DNA of 64,000 bases from Macrostomum lignano (taxonomy: Eukaryota). The stretch is taken from assembly GCA_002269645.1 (NCBI GenBank), contig NIVC01003564.1, positions 1 through 64,000 of the forward strand, read 5' to 3'. Each line of letters begins with the position of its first letter. The first letter of the stretch is position 1. The position numbers were made by a program, and so were the translations under genes. Shown in pieces: positions 25,453 to 37,670 of the stretch. The notes below the pieces were generated by a model. The model worked only from the letters and a program-made list of their open reading frames with translations. It searched no databases and was not told the DNA's origin.

Positions 25453-27059
25453 TCACTGCAGTCTCATCCGACTGAGCTTGGCGTGAGTCCAGCTGTCTCT
25501 CTGCTCCGCTGCAGTTTCCATGGCAACCAGGCGCCCCAAGTCGGCCCCGTCTCGCCGCAGCCTCGCCCTCGCCCACAGCCTCCGCTCCTCATCTTCCCTG
25601 CTGCGGTGAGCGCCGCTGTCGCTGCCGCTGCGGTTCGAAACTCGCCACCGCTTCTGCCTGACCCAGCCGATCTTCTCCTCGTCCTGCGTCTCCATGGCGA
25701 CGCGTCTCTCTTTCTCGATCATCTCCATCTGCTGCAGGCTGAGCTCCACGTGCTCGCGGCAGTCGCTGTAGTGAGCCAGAGTGAGCAGCTCCTCCAAGTC
25801 CGGGTCTCCAAGCAGCTGTTCAATCCAATGATCGAATGCGATTGCAGGTGCGCGATTGCGGAGCAGCTCAGCTTGGAGACTCCAGCTCAGGCAGCGGAAG
25901 TTCACGTACAGGTGGGAGGAGAGAGGCTGCGACAGTCTGGCTGTGAACAGAGTCTGCGTGAACTCGGGAAGGAATGGGAAGCGAGGCGGAGAGTCGCAGG
26001 GGAGGCAGAACCTCCACACCCAGTCTGAGTCTTCTGGCAGTTTTATGCCTCCCCAGCTCTTGCGAAAATCCTGTGGCTTCAACCCCGACTCAACCTGATG
26101 TCTCTGCAGCTCCATCGCGAGTCTCTCAGCCTCCTCAGATTCTCCAAACTTCAAATGCGCCATGGCGGTCATGCACAGGGCGGCGCACTTGCACCACTGC
26201 TGCTCATGCAGGAGACTGAGCTGCCTCATTAGTGTGTCTCTGTCGCTCGATTCCGACTGCAGCTCGCTCACACACTGGTGCAACACACTGTACACGTCTG
26301 CGAACTTGTGGTACATATCTGTATAGCCACATTCACTTCCTTCCCTGATCTCCGTGACAGCAGGCGGCGCTGTCAGAGGCAGCAGAGTGAACGGGTGAAA
26401 GTAGAACTTCTCTGACTGCAGAGGTGTCACGTGTGTTCTCAGCTGCTCGACCACTCCGCCGATATCGCTTCTCAGCTCATGAAGTCGGTCTCGAACCCTC
26501 GCATTCGTGTTGTCGAAGTCGCCGCCGATTCCAGCGTTCTTGAAGTAGAGCGGAGCGTCGGGCATGAAGAAGTGCGGCATGCACTCATCGGACGAGCTGC
26601 TCGAGTCGATAAAGCTCAGCATCATGTCGAGAGACTCCTTGAGCAGAGCGATCAGATTGGGGGGCGGCAAAGCCCCAGTACGCAAAATAGGCCTAGATGG
26701 GCTTCTATGCTTCACTAGCATTGCGAAGAGCAGAGTCTTTGCATGGTAGGTCTTGAGTCCATGTGTGTCCAGAGTGAGCGGCAAGTGTCTCTTGAAGATG
26801 AACTTGATGAGTGTGAACAGCTGGCCCTGGACTGTGCTCAGCCGTCTCATGATCCGTTTCTCTTGGAAGCTGAAGCTCACTCTGAGCTCGTTGGTCGAGC
26901 TCGGTCTGGTCGCCCGCACGAGGTGAACTTTATCCGAGTTATCAGGAAGCAGTTTTTTAATTCTGTCTTTACAGAAACTGCTGCAGCACTGGATCGCATG
27001 GCACGTGTCCTGTGCAGGCCGCACACCGCACGCCGTGGCTGTCACAGCAGGTTGGCTGC
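25453..27059 (-). CDS. Exon 4 of copy C: Mab-21 C-terminal lobe plus helical tail
   Basis: Open within ORF 25453..27348; acceptor at 27060 gives phase-1 G|GC continuity with exon 3. Confidence 0.88.
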
Positions 27060-30000
27060 CTGTAGAGCGCAGTGAGCGGAGAGTGGCAGTGTGGCGAGTG
27101 AACACGATGGGTTGGTTTGCAACTGCTTGAATGTGTTGGTTGAGTTCGTGTGTCAGTGCTACTACTGCAATCAGTGAATGAAGCAAAGTATTCGTTGAAA
27201 TGCATGCAGGCGCACCGCTATGGAGTTGATGATGGGCGGATAAAGAGAAAATTATTTTAAGGGGAAAGAGAAAGCAAGGTATAAAATAAACCGATAATTG
27301 ATTTTGGCTGGCGATAAAGAAAACGAAGTTAGGGCTGTCGCAGCCCATAATTCAGCTTTTATATTTTCTAACATAAACATAGGTGAAAAGGTTGGGGGGT
27401 TGGCGGAGATATATATTGAGTACATTGTGCGTACAGTGAAAATAGAGAAAATAACTTTTGGATGAAATAGGCGGCTAGCCTAGGCCAACTCATTTTTTCG
27501 ACACAAGGCATTGCTTAATAATTGTTTCATAACCTCTGAGGTGGTGAGGCAGGGCAATTGCTGGGACTTGAGTTGACTGCGAAAAATCTTTATTCAAAGC
27601 AAAATGAATGCTAAAAGGTATTTCAGCCAGGTCTCAAACATAGGTTGAACTTGTGAGCTCTGGAGTTGAGCTATCGAATAAAAAATTCAGCAAAGTTGAC
27701 GGGGGCTTGGATTGGGGATTGCGGCATTGTGATGATGAGCGCAGCGTCACTGACCTGCTCCGACTGCCACTTGTGCGTGGCCCTCCTTGACCTTGAGCGG
27801 AGTGTCGTAGCCGCAGGAACCTTTTCTGTCGCAGCCACCTTCCAGATGGAACATTTGCCCAGCAACCAGCACAGTCCAGTCAATGTCGGAGTCTGCAGCT
27901 GTCCTGCCGTTGACTTGCACCAGACTGTTGGCCCAGCCTTCTGCGTAGCTGCCGGTCATTTGCCTGTCATCCTGTGTGAGGACTCGAGCGACTTCTTGCA
28001 GCCAGTCAGCCAGGTCTTGCTGACACTCTGCTCTCTGCTGGGTGAATCCCGCATCGCTGAGCAGTTGATGCAGCTTTTTGTCAGAGAGTCTGGAAGGATA
28101 GCGTGGTGGGTGGGAGAGGTTAGAGCGCATATTTGCAGAGTAGGAGGCCAAGGAGAGTGAGACTCACATTGAGCGGCTTTGAGCGGTTGTGTGGGTCTGC
28201 TTTCGCTTTCTGGAATGTGTGAATGAAAGCGAGGTGAGGAAGTGAAGTGATAGGAAGTGGAATGGCAATTAATGGGAACTGACTCGGTGGGATTCAGCAG
28301 GCGAAGCACCTGCTGCTGGTGGAATCTCTGTGCGAGTTGCGCACAGGTGAGGCCGTGATTGTCTCGATGGTTGGCATCGGCTCCTCTGTCTATCAGAGCC
28401 TTGGCTGCTCGCACGTGACCGGCTTCACACGCTCGTGACAGAGCAGTCCGACCCTGACTGTCTTCAGCGAGCACTGACGCACCGAGATCGATGAGTTTTC
28501 GAATGAGCTCGTGATGACCTGCATCAGCTGCCAGCATGAGAGCAGTGGCTCCAGTGCTGTCTGGCAGATCGACAAGCTGTGTGCTGACTCGCTCATCATT
28601 GATCAGCGTAACAGCAAGAGCGATGTGTCTTTGAGTGATAGAGAGACGAAGCAGCGGTGTGATGTGAGCTGGCTGCATTCGATAGAGGGTGTCTGTGAGA
28701 ACAGAGTTCCTGCCTTCGATGGCCATTGCTGCAGTGAAGCTGAGGATGGTGCTGTATTGGAGGAGCCAGTCGGGCTCGAGGCCGAGGGAGGCAACGGCAG
28801 GCTCATCAAGACGAGAGCAAGCTTTGAGTACGCATTGGAAGCGGAGATTTTCTCTCTGATGGGGACTAGAGAGACACGAGATAAGGAACTGGGCGATTTG
28901 AAAGTTACTATTGATTGCAGCATTTGCGGCAGCATTGATGCAGCAGGCGTCTTTTTTTGATTGGTCATTGATTAGAGGTACGAGGAACTCGACGATTTTA
29001 AAGTGACCTTGGAATGCAGCCTTTTCGGCAGCGTAGATGCAGCAGGCGTCTTTTTTTGATTGGTCATTGATTAGTGGTACGAGGAACTCGACGATTTGAA
29101 AGTGACCATATATTGCAGCCTTTTTGGCAGCCTTGATGCAGCAGGCGTCGTTATTTGATTGGTCATTGATTAGTGGTACGAGGAACTCGACGGCTTTAAA
29201 GTGACCCTTGATTGCAGCCCATTTGGCAGCCTTGATGCAGCAAGCGTCTTTTTTTGATTCGTCATTGATTAGTGGTACGAGGAACTCGACGATTTGAAAG
29301 TGACCCTTGATTGCAGCATTTTCGGCAGCCTTGATGCAGCAAGCGTCTTTATTTGATTGGTCATTGATTAGTGGTACGAGGAACTCGACGGCTTGAAAGA
29401 GACCAAGGATTGCAGCCCATTCGGCAGCCTTGATGCAGCAAGCGTCTTTATTTGATTGATCATTGATTAGTGGTACGAGTAGCTTGACGATTTGAAAGTG
29501 ACCATTCATTGCAGCCTTTTCGGCAGCCTTGATGCAGCAAGCGTCTTTATTTGATTGGTCATTGATTAGTGGTACGAGGAACTCGACGATTTTAAAGTGA
29601 CCCTTGATTGCAGCATTTTCGGCAGCCTTGATGCAGCAGGCGTCTTTATTTGACTGGTCATTGATTAGTGGTACGAGGAACTCGACGATTTGAAAGTGAC
29701 CATTCATTGCAGCCTTTTTGGCAGCCTTGATGCAGCAAGCGTCTTTATTTGATTGATCATTGATTAGTGGTACGAGGAACTCGACGGCTTTAAAGTGACC
29801 CTTGATTGCAGCCCATTTGGCAGCCTTGATGCAGCAAGCGTCTTTTTTTGATTCGTCATTGATTAGTGGTACGAGGAACTCGACGATTTGAAAGTGACCC
29901 TTGATTGCAGCATTTTCGGCAGCCTTGATGCAGCAAGCGTCTTTATTTGATTGGTCATTGATTAGTGGTACGAGGAACTCGACGATTTTAAAGTGACCCT

Positions 30001-33000
30001 TGATTGCAGCATTTTCGGCAGCCTTGATGCAGCAGGCGTCTTTATTTGACTGGTCATTGATTAGTGGTACGAGGAACTCGACGATTTGAAAGTGACCATT
30101 CATTGCAGCCTTTTCGGCAGCCTTGATGCAGCAAGCGTCTTTATTTGATTGGTCATTGATTAGTGGTACGAGGAACTCGACGGCTTTAAAGTGACCTTGG
30201 AATGCAGCCTTTTCGGCAGCGTAGATGCAGCAGGCGTCTTTTTTTGATTGGTCATTGATTAGTGGTACGAGGAACTCGACGGCTTGAAAGTGACCAAGGA
30301 TTGCAGCATTTTCTGCAGCCTTGATGCAGCAAGCGTCTTTATTTGATTGATCATTGATTAGTGGTACGAGGAACTCGACGATTTTAAAGTGACCTTGGAA
30401 TGCAGCCTTTTCGGCAGCGTAGATGCAGCAGGCGTCTTTTTTTGATTGGTCATTGATTAGTGGTACGAGGAACTCGACGATTTGAAAGTGACCCTTGATT
30501 GCAGCATTTTTGGCAGCCCTGATGCAGCAGGCGTCGTTATTTGATTGGTCATTGATTAGTGGTACGAGGAACTCGACGGCTTGAAAGTGACCAAGGATTG
30601 CAGCATTTTCTGCAGCCTTGATGCAGCAAGCGTCTTTATTTGATTGATCATTGATTAGTGGTACGAGGAACTCGACGATTTGAAAGTGACCATTCATTGC
30701 AGCCTTTTTGGCAGCCCTGATGCAGCAGGCGTCGTTATTTGATTGGTCATTGATTAGTGGTACGAGGAACTCGACGGCTTTAAAGTGACCCTTGATTGCA
30801 GCATTTTCGGCAGCCTTGATGCAGCAAGCGTCTTTATTTGATTGGTCATTGATTAGTGGTACGAGGAACTCGACGATTTTAAAGTGACCCTTGATTGCAG
30901 CATTTTCGGCAGCCTTGATGCAGCAGGCGTCTTTATTTGACTGGTCATTGATTAGTGGTACGAGGAACTCGACGATTTGAAAGTGACCATTCATTGCAGC
31001 CTTTTTGGCAGCCTTGATGCAGCAAGGGTCTTTATTTGATTGGTCATTGATTAGTGGTACGAGGAACTCGACGGCTTTAAAGTGACCCTTGATTGCAGCC
31101 CATTTGGCAGCCTTGATGCAGCAAGCGTCTTTTTTTGATTCGTCATTGATTAGTGGTACGAGGAACTCGACGATTTGAAAGTGACCCTCCATTGCAGCAT
31201 TTTCGGCAGCCTTGATGCAGCAAGCGTCTTTATTTGATTGGTCATTGATTAGTGGTACGAGGAACTCGACGGCTTGAAAGAGACCAAGGATTGCAGCCCA
31301 TTCGGCAGCCTTGATGCAGCAAGCGTCTTTATTTGATTGATCATTGATTAGTGGTACGAGTAGCTTGACGATTTGAAAGTGACCATTCATTGCAGCCTTT
31401 TCGGCAGCCTTGATGCAGCAAGCGTCTTTATTTGACTGGTCATTGATTAGTTGTACGAGGAACTCGACGATTTTAAAGTGACCATTCATTGCAGCCTTTT
31501 CGGCAGCCTTGATGCAGCAGGCGTCTATATTTGATTGGTCATTGATTAGTGGTACGAGGAACTCGACGATTTGAAAGTGACCATATATTGCAGCCTTTTT
31601 AGCAGGCTTGATGCAGCAGGCGTCTTTATTTGATTGGTCATTGATTAGTGGTACGAGGAACTCGACGATTTTAAAGTGACCCTTGATTGCAGCATTTTCG
31701 GCAGCCTTGATGCAGCAGGCGTCTTTATTTGACTGGTCATTGATTAGTGGTACGAGGAACTCGACGATTTGAAAGTGACCATTCATTGCAGCCTTTTTGG
31801 CAGCCTTGATGCAGCAAGGGTCTTTATTTGATTGGTCATTGATTAGTGGTACGAGGAACTCGACGGCTTTAAAGTGACCCTTGATTGCAGCCCATTTGGC
31901 AGCCTTGATGCAGCAAGCGTCTTTTTTGATTCGTCATTGATTAGTGGTACGAGGAACTCGACGATTTGAAAGTGACCCTCCATTGCAGCATTTTCGGCAG
32001 CCTTGATGCAGCAAGCGTCTTTATTTGATTGGTCATTGATTAGTGGTACGAGGAACTCGACGGCTTGAAAGAGACCAAGGATTGCAGCCCATTCGGCAGC
32101 CTTGATGCAGCAAGCGTCTTTATTTGATTGATCATTGATTAGTGGTACGAGTAGCTTGACGATTTGAAAGTGACCATTCATTGCAGCCTTTTCGGCAGCC
32201 TTGATGCAGCAAGCGTCTTTATTTGACTGGTCATTGATTAGTTGTACGAGGAACTCGACGATTTTAAAGTGACCATTCATTGCAGCCTTTTCGGCAGCCT
32301 TGATGCAGCAGGCGTCTATATTTGATTGGTCATTGATTAGTGGTACGAGGAACTCGACGATTTGAAAGTGACCATATATTGCAGCCTTTTTAGCAGGCTT
32401 GATGCAGCAGGCGTCTTTATTTGACTGGTCATTAATTAGTTGTACGAGGAACTCGACGATTTTAAAGTGACCCTTGATTGCAGCATTTTCGGCAGCCTTG
32501 ATGCAGCAAGCGTCTTTATTTGATTGGTCATTGATTAGTGGTACGAGGAACTCGACGATTTTAAAGTGACCCTTGATTGCAGCATTTTCGGCAGCCTTGA
32601 TGCAGCAGGCGTCTTTATAGGACTGGTCATTGATTAGTGGTACGAGGAACTCGATGATTTTAAAGTGACCCTTGATTGCAGCATTTTCGGCAGCCTTGAT
32701 GCAGCAGGCGTCTTTATTTGACTGGTCATTGATTAGTGGTACGAGGAACTCGACAATTTTAAAGTGACCCTTGATTGCAGCATTTTTGGAAGCATTGATG
32801 CAGAATGCGTCTTTTTTTGGTTGAACATTGATTAGTGGTACGAGGAACTCGACGGCTTGAAAGTGACCAAGGATTGCAGCACTTTCGGCAGCCTTGATGC
32901 AGCAGGCGTCTTTATTTGATTGATCATTGATTAGTGGTACGAGGAACTCGACGACTTTAAAGTGACCATTCATTGCAGCCTTTTCGGCAGCCTTGATGCA

Positions 33001-36000
33001 GCAGGCGTCTTTATTTGATTGGTCATTGATTAGTAGTACGAGGAACTCGACGATTTGAAAGTGACCATTTTTTGCAGCCTTTTTAGCAGGCTTGATGTAG
33101 CAGGCGTCTTTATTTGACTGGTCATTGATTAGTTGTACGAGGAACTCGACGATTTTAAAGTGACCCTTGATTGCAGCATTTTCGGCAGCCTTGATGCAGC
33201 AGGCGTCTTTTTTTGATTGGTCATTGATAAGTGGTACGAGGAACTCGACGGCTTGAAAGTGACCAAGGATTGCAGCATTTTCTGCAGCCTTGATGCAGCA
33301 AGCGTCTTTATTTGATTGGTCATTGATTAGTGGTACGAGGAACTGGACGATTTGAAAGTGACCATATTTTGCAGCCTTTTCAGCAGCGTTGGTGTAGCAA
33401 GCCTCTTTATTTGATTGGTAATTGATTAGTGGTAGGAGGAACTCGACGATTTTAAAGTGACCATATTTTGCAGCATTTTCGGCAGCCTTGATGCAGCAAG
33501 CGTCTTTATTTGATTGGTCATTGATTAGTGGTACGAGGAACTCGACGATTTTAAAGTGACCCTTGATTGCAGCATTTTCGGCAGCCTTGATGCAGCAGGC
33601 GTCTTTATTTGACTGGTCATTGATTAGTGGTACGAGGAACTCGATGATTTTAAAGTGACCCTTGATTGCAGCATTTTCGGCAGCCTTGATGCAGCAGGCG
33701 TCTTTATTTGACTGGTCATTGATTAGTGGTACGAGGAACTCGACAATTTTAAAGTGACCCTTGATTGCAGCATTTTTGGAAGCATTGATACAGAATGCGT
33801 CTTTTTTTGGTTGATCATTGATTAGTGGTACGAGGAACTCGACGGCTTGAAAGTGACCAAGGATTGCAGCACTTTCGGCAGCCTTGATGCAGCAGGCGTC
33901 TTTATTTGATTGATCATTGATTAGTGGTACGAGGAACTCGACGACTTTAAAGTGACCATTCATTGCAGCCTTTTCGGCAGCCTTGATGCAGCAGGCGTCT
34001 TTATTTGATTGGTCATTGATTAGTAGTACGAGGAACTCGACGATTTGAAAGTGACCATTTTTTGCAGCCTTTTTAGCAGGCTTGATGTAGCAGGCGTCTT
34101 TATTTGACTGGTCATTGATTAGTTGTACGAGGAACTCGACGATTTTAAAGTGACCCTTGATTGCAGCATTTTCGGCAGCCTTGATGGAGCAGGCGTCTTT
34201 TTTTGATTGGTCATTGATAAGTGGTACGAGGAACTCGACGGCTTGAAAGTGACCAAGGATTGCAGCATTTTCTGCAGCCTTGATGCAGCAAGCGTCTTTA
34301 TTTGATTGGTCATTGATTAGTGGTACGAGGAACTGGACGATTTGAAAGTGACCATATTTTGCAGCCTTTTCAGCAGCGTTGGTGTAGCAAGCCTCTTTAT
34401 TTGATTGGTAATTGATTAGTGGTAGGAGGAACTCGACGATTTTAAAGTGACCATATTTTGCAGCATTTTCGGCAGCCTTGATGCAGCAAGCGTCTTTATT
34501 TGATTGGTCATTGATTAGTGGTACGAGGAACTCGACGATTTTAAAGTGACCCTTGATTGCAGCATTTTCGGCAGCCTTGATGCAGCAGGCGTCTTTATGT
34601 GACTGGTCATTGATTAGTGGTACGAGGAACTCGATGATTTTAAAGTGACCCTTGATTGCAGCATTTTCGGCAGCCTTGATGCAGCAGGCGTCTTTATTTG
34701 ACTGGTCATTGATTAGTGGTACGAGGAACTCGACAATTTTAAAGTGACCCTTGATTGCAGCATTTTTGGAAGCATTGATACAGAATGCGTCTTTTTTTGG
34801 TTGATCATTGATTAGTGGTACGAGGAACTCGACGGCTTGAAAGTGACCAAGGATTGCAGCACTTTCGGCAGCCTTGATGCAGCAGGCGTCTTTATTTGAT
34901 TGATCATTGATTAGTGGTACGAGGAACTCGACGACTTTAAAGTGACCATTCATTGCAGCCTTTTCGGCAGCCTTGATGCAGCAGGCGTCTTTATTTGATT
35001 GGTCATTGATTAGTAGTACGAGGAACTCGACGATTTGAAAGTGACCATTTTTTGCAGCCTTTTTAGCAGGCTTGATGTAGCAGGCGTCTTTATTTGACTG
35101 GTCATTGATTAGTTGTACGAGGAACTCGACGATTTTAAAGTGACCCTTGATTGCAGCATTTTCGGCAGCCTTGATGCAGCAGGCGTCTTTTTTTGATTGG
35201 TCATTGATAAGTGGTACGAGGAACTCGACGGCTTGAAAGTGACCAAGGATTGCAGCATTTTCTGCAGCCTTGATGCAGCAAGCGTCTTTATTTGATTGGT
35301 CATTGATTAGTGGTACGAGGAACTGGACGATTTGAAAGTGACCATATTTTGCAGCCTTTTCAGCAGCGTTGGTGTAGCAAGCCTCTTTATTTGATTGGTA
35401 ATTGATTAGTGGTAGGAGGAACTCGACGATTTTAAAGTGACCATATTTTGCAGCATTTTCGGCAGCCTTGATGCAGTAGGCGTCTTTATTTAATTGGTCA
35501 TTGATTAGTGGTACGAGGAACTCGAGGATTTCAAAATGACCATTCATTGCAGCAATTTCAGCAGCCCAGATGCAGCAGGCGTATTTTTTTGATTGGTCTT
35601 TGATTAGTGGCACGAGGAACTCGAAGATTTGGAAGTGACCATATTTTGCAGCCTTTTTAGCAGACTTGATGCAGCAGGCGTCTTTATTTGACTGGTCATT
35701 GATTAGTGGTACGAGGAACTCGACGATTTGAAAGTGACCCTTGATTGCAGCATTTTCGGCAGCCTTGATGCAGCAAGCGTCTTTTTTTGATTGGTCATTG
35801 ATTAGTGGTACGAAAAACTCTACAATTTGAAAGTGACCATGAATTGCAGCCCTTTTTGCAGCCCAGATAAAGAAGGCATCTTTATCTGATAGGTCATTGA
35901 TTAGTGGTACGAGAAGCTGGACGTCTTCAAAGCGATTATGAGATGCCGCACTTAGAGTAGCTCGGACGATCTCGTAGAAGTTGCCATGGGTTGCAGCAGT

Positions 36001-36054
36001 TGGCGTGTTGTTCTCGGTGGTGACAGGCTGATGGCGGCTTTGATTTTGGTCCAT
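25453..36054 (-). CDS. ANK-repeat-cGLR (Mab-21/cGAS-like nucleotidyltransferase) gene copy C, 71 repeats, ~3251 aa if one homopolymer indel is corrected
   Basis: Exons 36054..28284, 28209..28168, 28089..27755, 27059..25453. The only break is A6 instead of A7 at ~31922-31927; the sister repeat at ~31130 has A7. NTase motif GSYAEG...DSDIDW; Mab-21 motifs ELRVSFSFQEK, LIKFIF, TYHAKTLL, CMPHFFMP. Confidence 0.85.
27755..28089 (-). CDS. Exon 3 of copy C: nucleotidyltransferase core
   Basis: Same 335-nt exon, motifs and splice sites as in B and D. Confidence 0.88.
28950..35905 (-). repeat. Coding 99-bp ankyrin-like tandem array, copy C (71 motifs) with higher-order repeats
   Basis: Anchor spacing 28964 to 35893 = 6929 + 1 = 70 x 99. 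Consensus VPLINDQSNKDACCIKAAExAAxxGHFQIVEFL aligns without gaps to the 33-aa ankyrin consensus (AAxxGH.EIV..LL). Confidence 0.92.
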
Positions 36055-37342
36055 AGTTCTGGTGAGGGGTGTTAAGGTTAAAAAGCGGTGTTTAGTGGAA
36101 GGGAAGTGAGAGGGAGAAAGAACAAGAATGCGGGCAGGGAGGGAGAAAGATAGGAGGGAGAGAGAAGAAGAGGAGGAAGTGGGAAGGTGGGAGGAAGGTA
36201 GAAGGAGGGGAGGGAGGGAGAAGAAAGAGAGGGAGAGAGAGGGAGAAGGAGTGGACCGAAGGAGACAGAGGGGAGAGATTTAAGAAAGGGAGGGAGAGAG
36301 ATAAAGAAGAAGGAGGGGAGGGAGGGAGAATGAGGGGAGGCGGAAGGAGTGTCACAGCCCTGATCACAGTAGTCAGGTCCCAGCAGAGAGTGAGTAAATC
36401 CGGAACAAAAGCCAGGCGGGAAGCAGACAGGAGGCTCTGCAGCAAGCAAACACGGTACTGTTCATACGCTCGTACGTTGCTTTGCAGTCTTAAAAATAAC
36501 TTTAATCCTCTAAAAAAAAGACGGATCGTCTGTTTGGCCAAAGGCCAAAACGCCACGACCAAAAAAACATGCACTCTCTCTGGAGCAAGAGAGCGTAACT
36601 TTATATTTGAGCATCTATACCCGCACCCACATAAAAAGGGGGTGGGTGCCGTTCACACTCAAAACAGGGGTTGGGGCTGACCAAAATACGGTAAAATCAA
36701 AATAACCAAAAATAAAAAGTAAATAAAAATCTTAGCTTGAAAACATGCGCAGAAATAACCTCTGTAATAGACAGGAGTAAACAGAAGAGAAGTTTACTTG
36801 CCAACGCACCAATAAGTATTCTTGACTGCGCATTGGCAGGAAATCCGGGTGAAAAGGCAAATTGGATAACGGACCCTCTGCCCATAGAATTATAGATATT
36901 AACCTGGAAGGGAAGGCTTTTCTAAGCGCGAATTTTTCGGGTGCCGGACCAGGTCGACTGCATAAAAGCGTTTTTCGTATTCTCTCCAATTTAACAAAGA
37001 CGGGGGACTGTGGGGGACTATTAAAGAGTTTTCCCACAGTGGGCGCAGCTCATATCAAATGGGAAATCTATGAGAAGTGCTTGTTTAATGTACAAAGACC
37101 TATGTTTTTATACTCTCATTTAGCGGATTGAAATATGCTGTATGATTTAATTCACTTTATGGACTGTTAGGGAATAGGGATGAAATGCATAGGGATCATT
37201 TTGACACGGGTTTCAACGTATGGTGCCCTTCAGCCCTTTTTTAGCTTTGCAAAAGAACACTGCTCAAGTGTACAGTCAGCCCTCATTTGCTTGAAAGTAT
37301 AAAAGACCGCTTGTTCAAGGATGTGATTGAAGAGTTGCAAAC

Positions 37343-37670
37343 ATGGGCAACAAATGTGCTGCAATCAACTGTCGTTGTGGCTACTTTCGAAAAAATCACA
37401 GAAAACTCTGAAATTTTGATTTGATTTTTTTAGTTTCCCCTACACGATCCACTGCTTCTCCTTGGATCGCTGCGAGCCTGCGACGCATTCGGAGAGAAAA
37501 TGACAGCCAGACAAACAATCCAGATTGTGCTCCTTGCACTTCAAGAACGATGGCTGACTTCATCGTCACGTCCCACGGCACCAATCCTCGTCGCAGGTGC
37601 AAGAGAGATAGTGAAGTGCTGTGTTAAACTTCGACTAAAAAGAGACGCAGTTCTGACTGTCTTTTCTCCA
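37343..37670 (+). mobile_element. Degenerate THAP-domain remnant upstream of copy C (paralog of 16907..17241)
   Basis: MGNKCAAINC...RLCSLHFK...DFIVTSHGTNPRRR...LRLKRDAV.TVF. A truncated third copy lies at ~51620-51690. Confidence 0.65.

Noticed and set aside
27755-28089. Bacterial CBASS CD-NTase or contaminant
   Set aside because: Spliceosomal introns, a Mab-21-type C-lobe and an animal-like neighbourhood argue for a native metazoan cGLR.
28950-35905. TALE-like DNA-binding array (33-aa repeats with a variable di-residue)
   Set aside because: No similarity to the TALE consensus (LTPxQVVAIAS-xx-GGKQALE). The register matches ankyrin AAxxGH.EIV..L and the array is followed by canonical ANK repeats. 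Nucleic-acid binding is not excluded but is unsupported.
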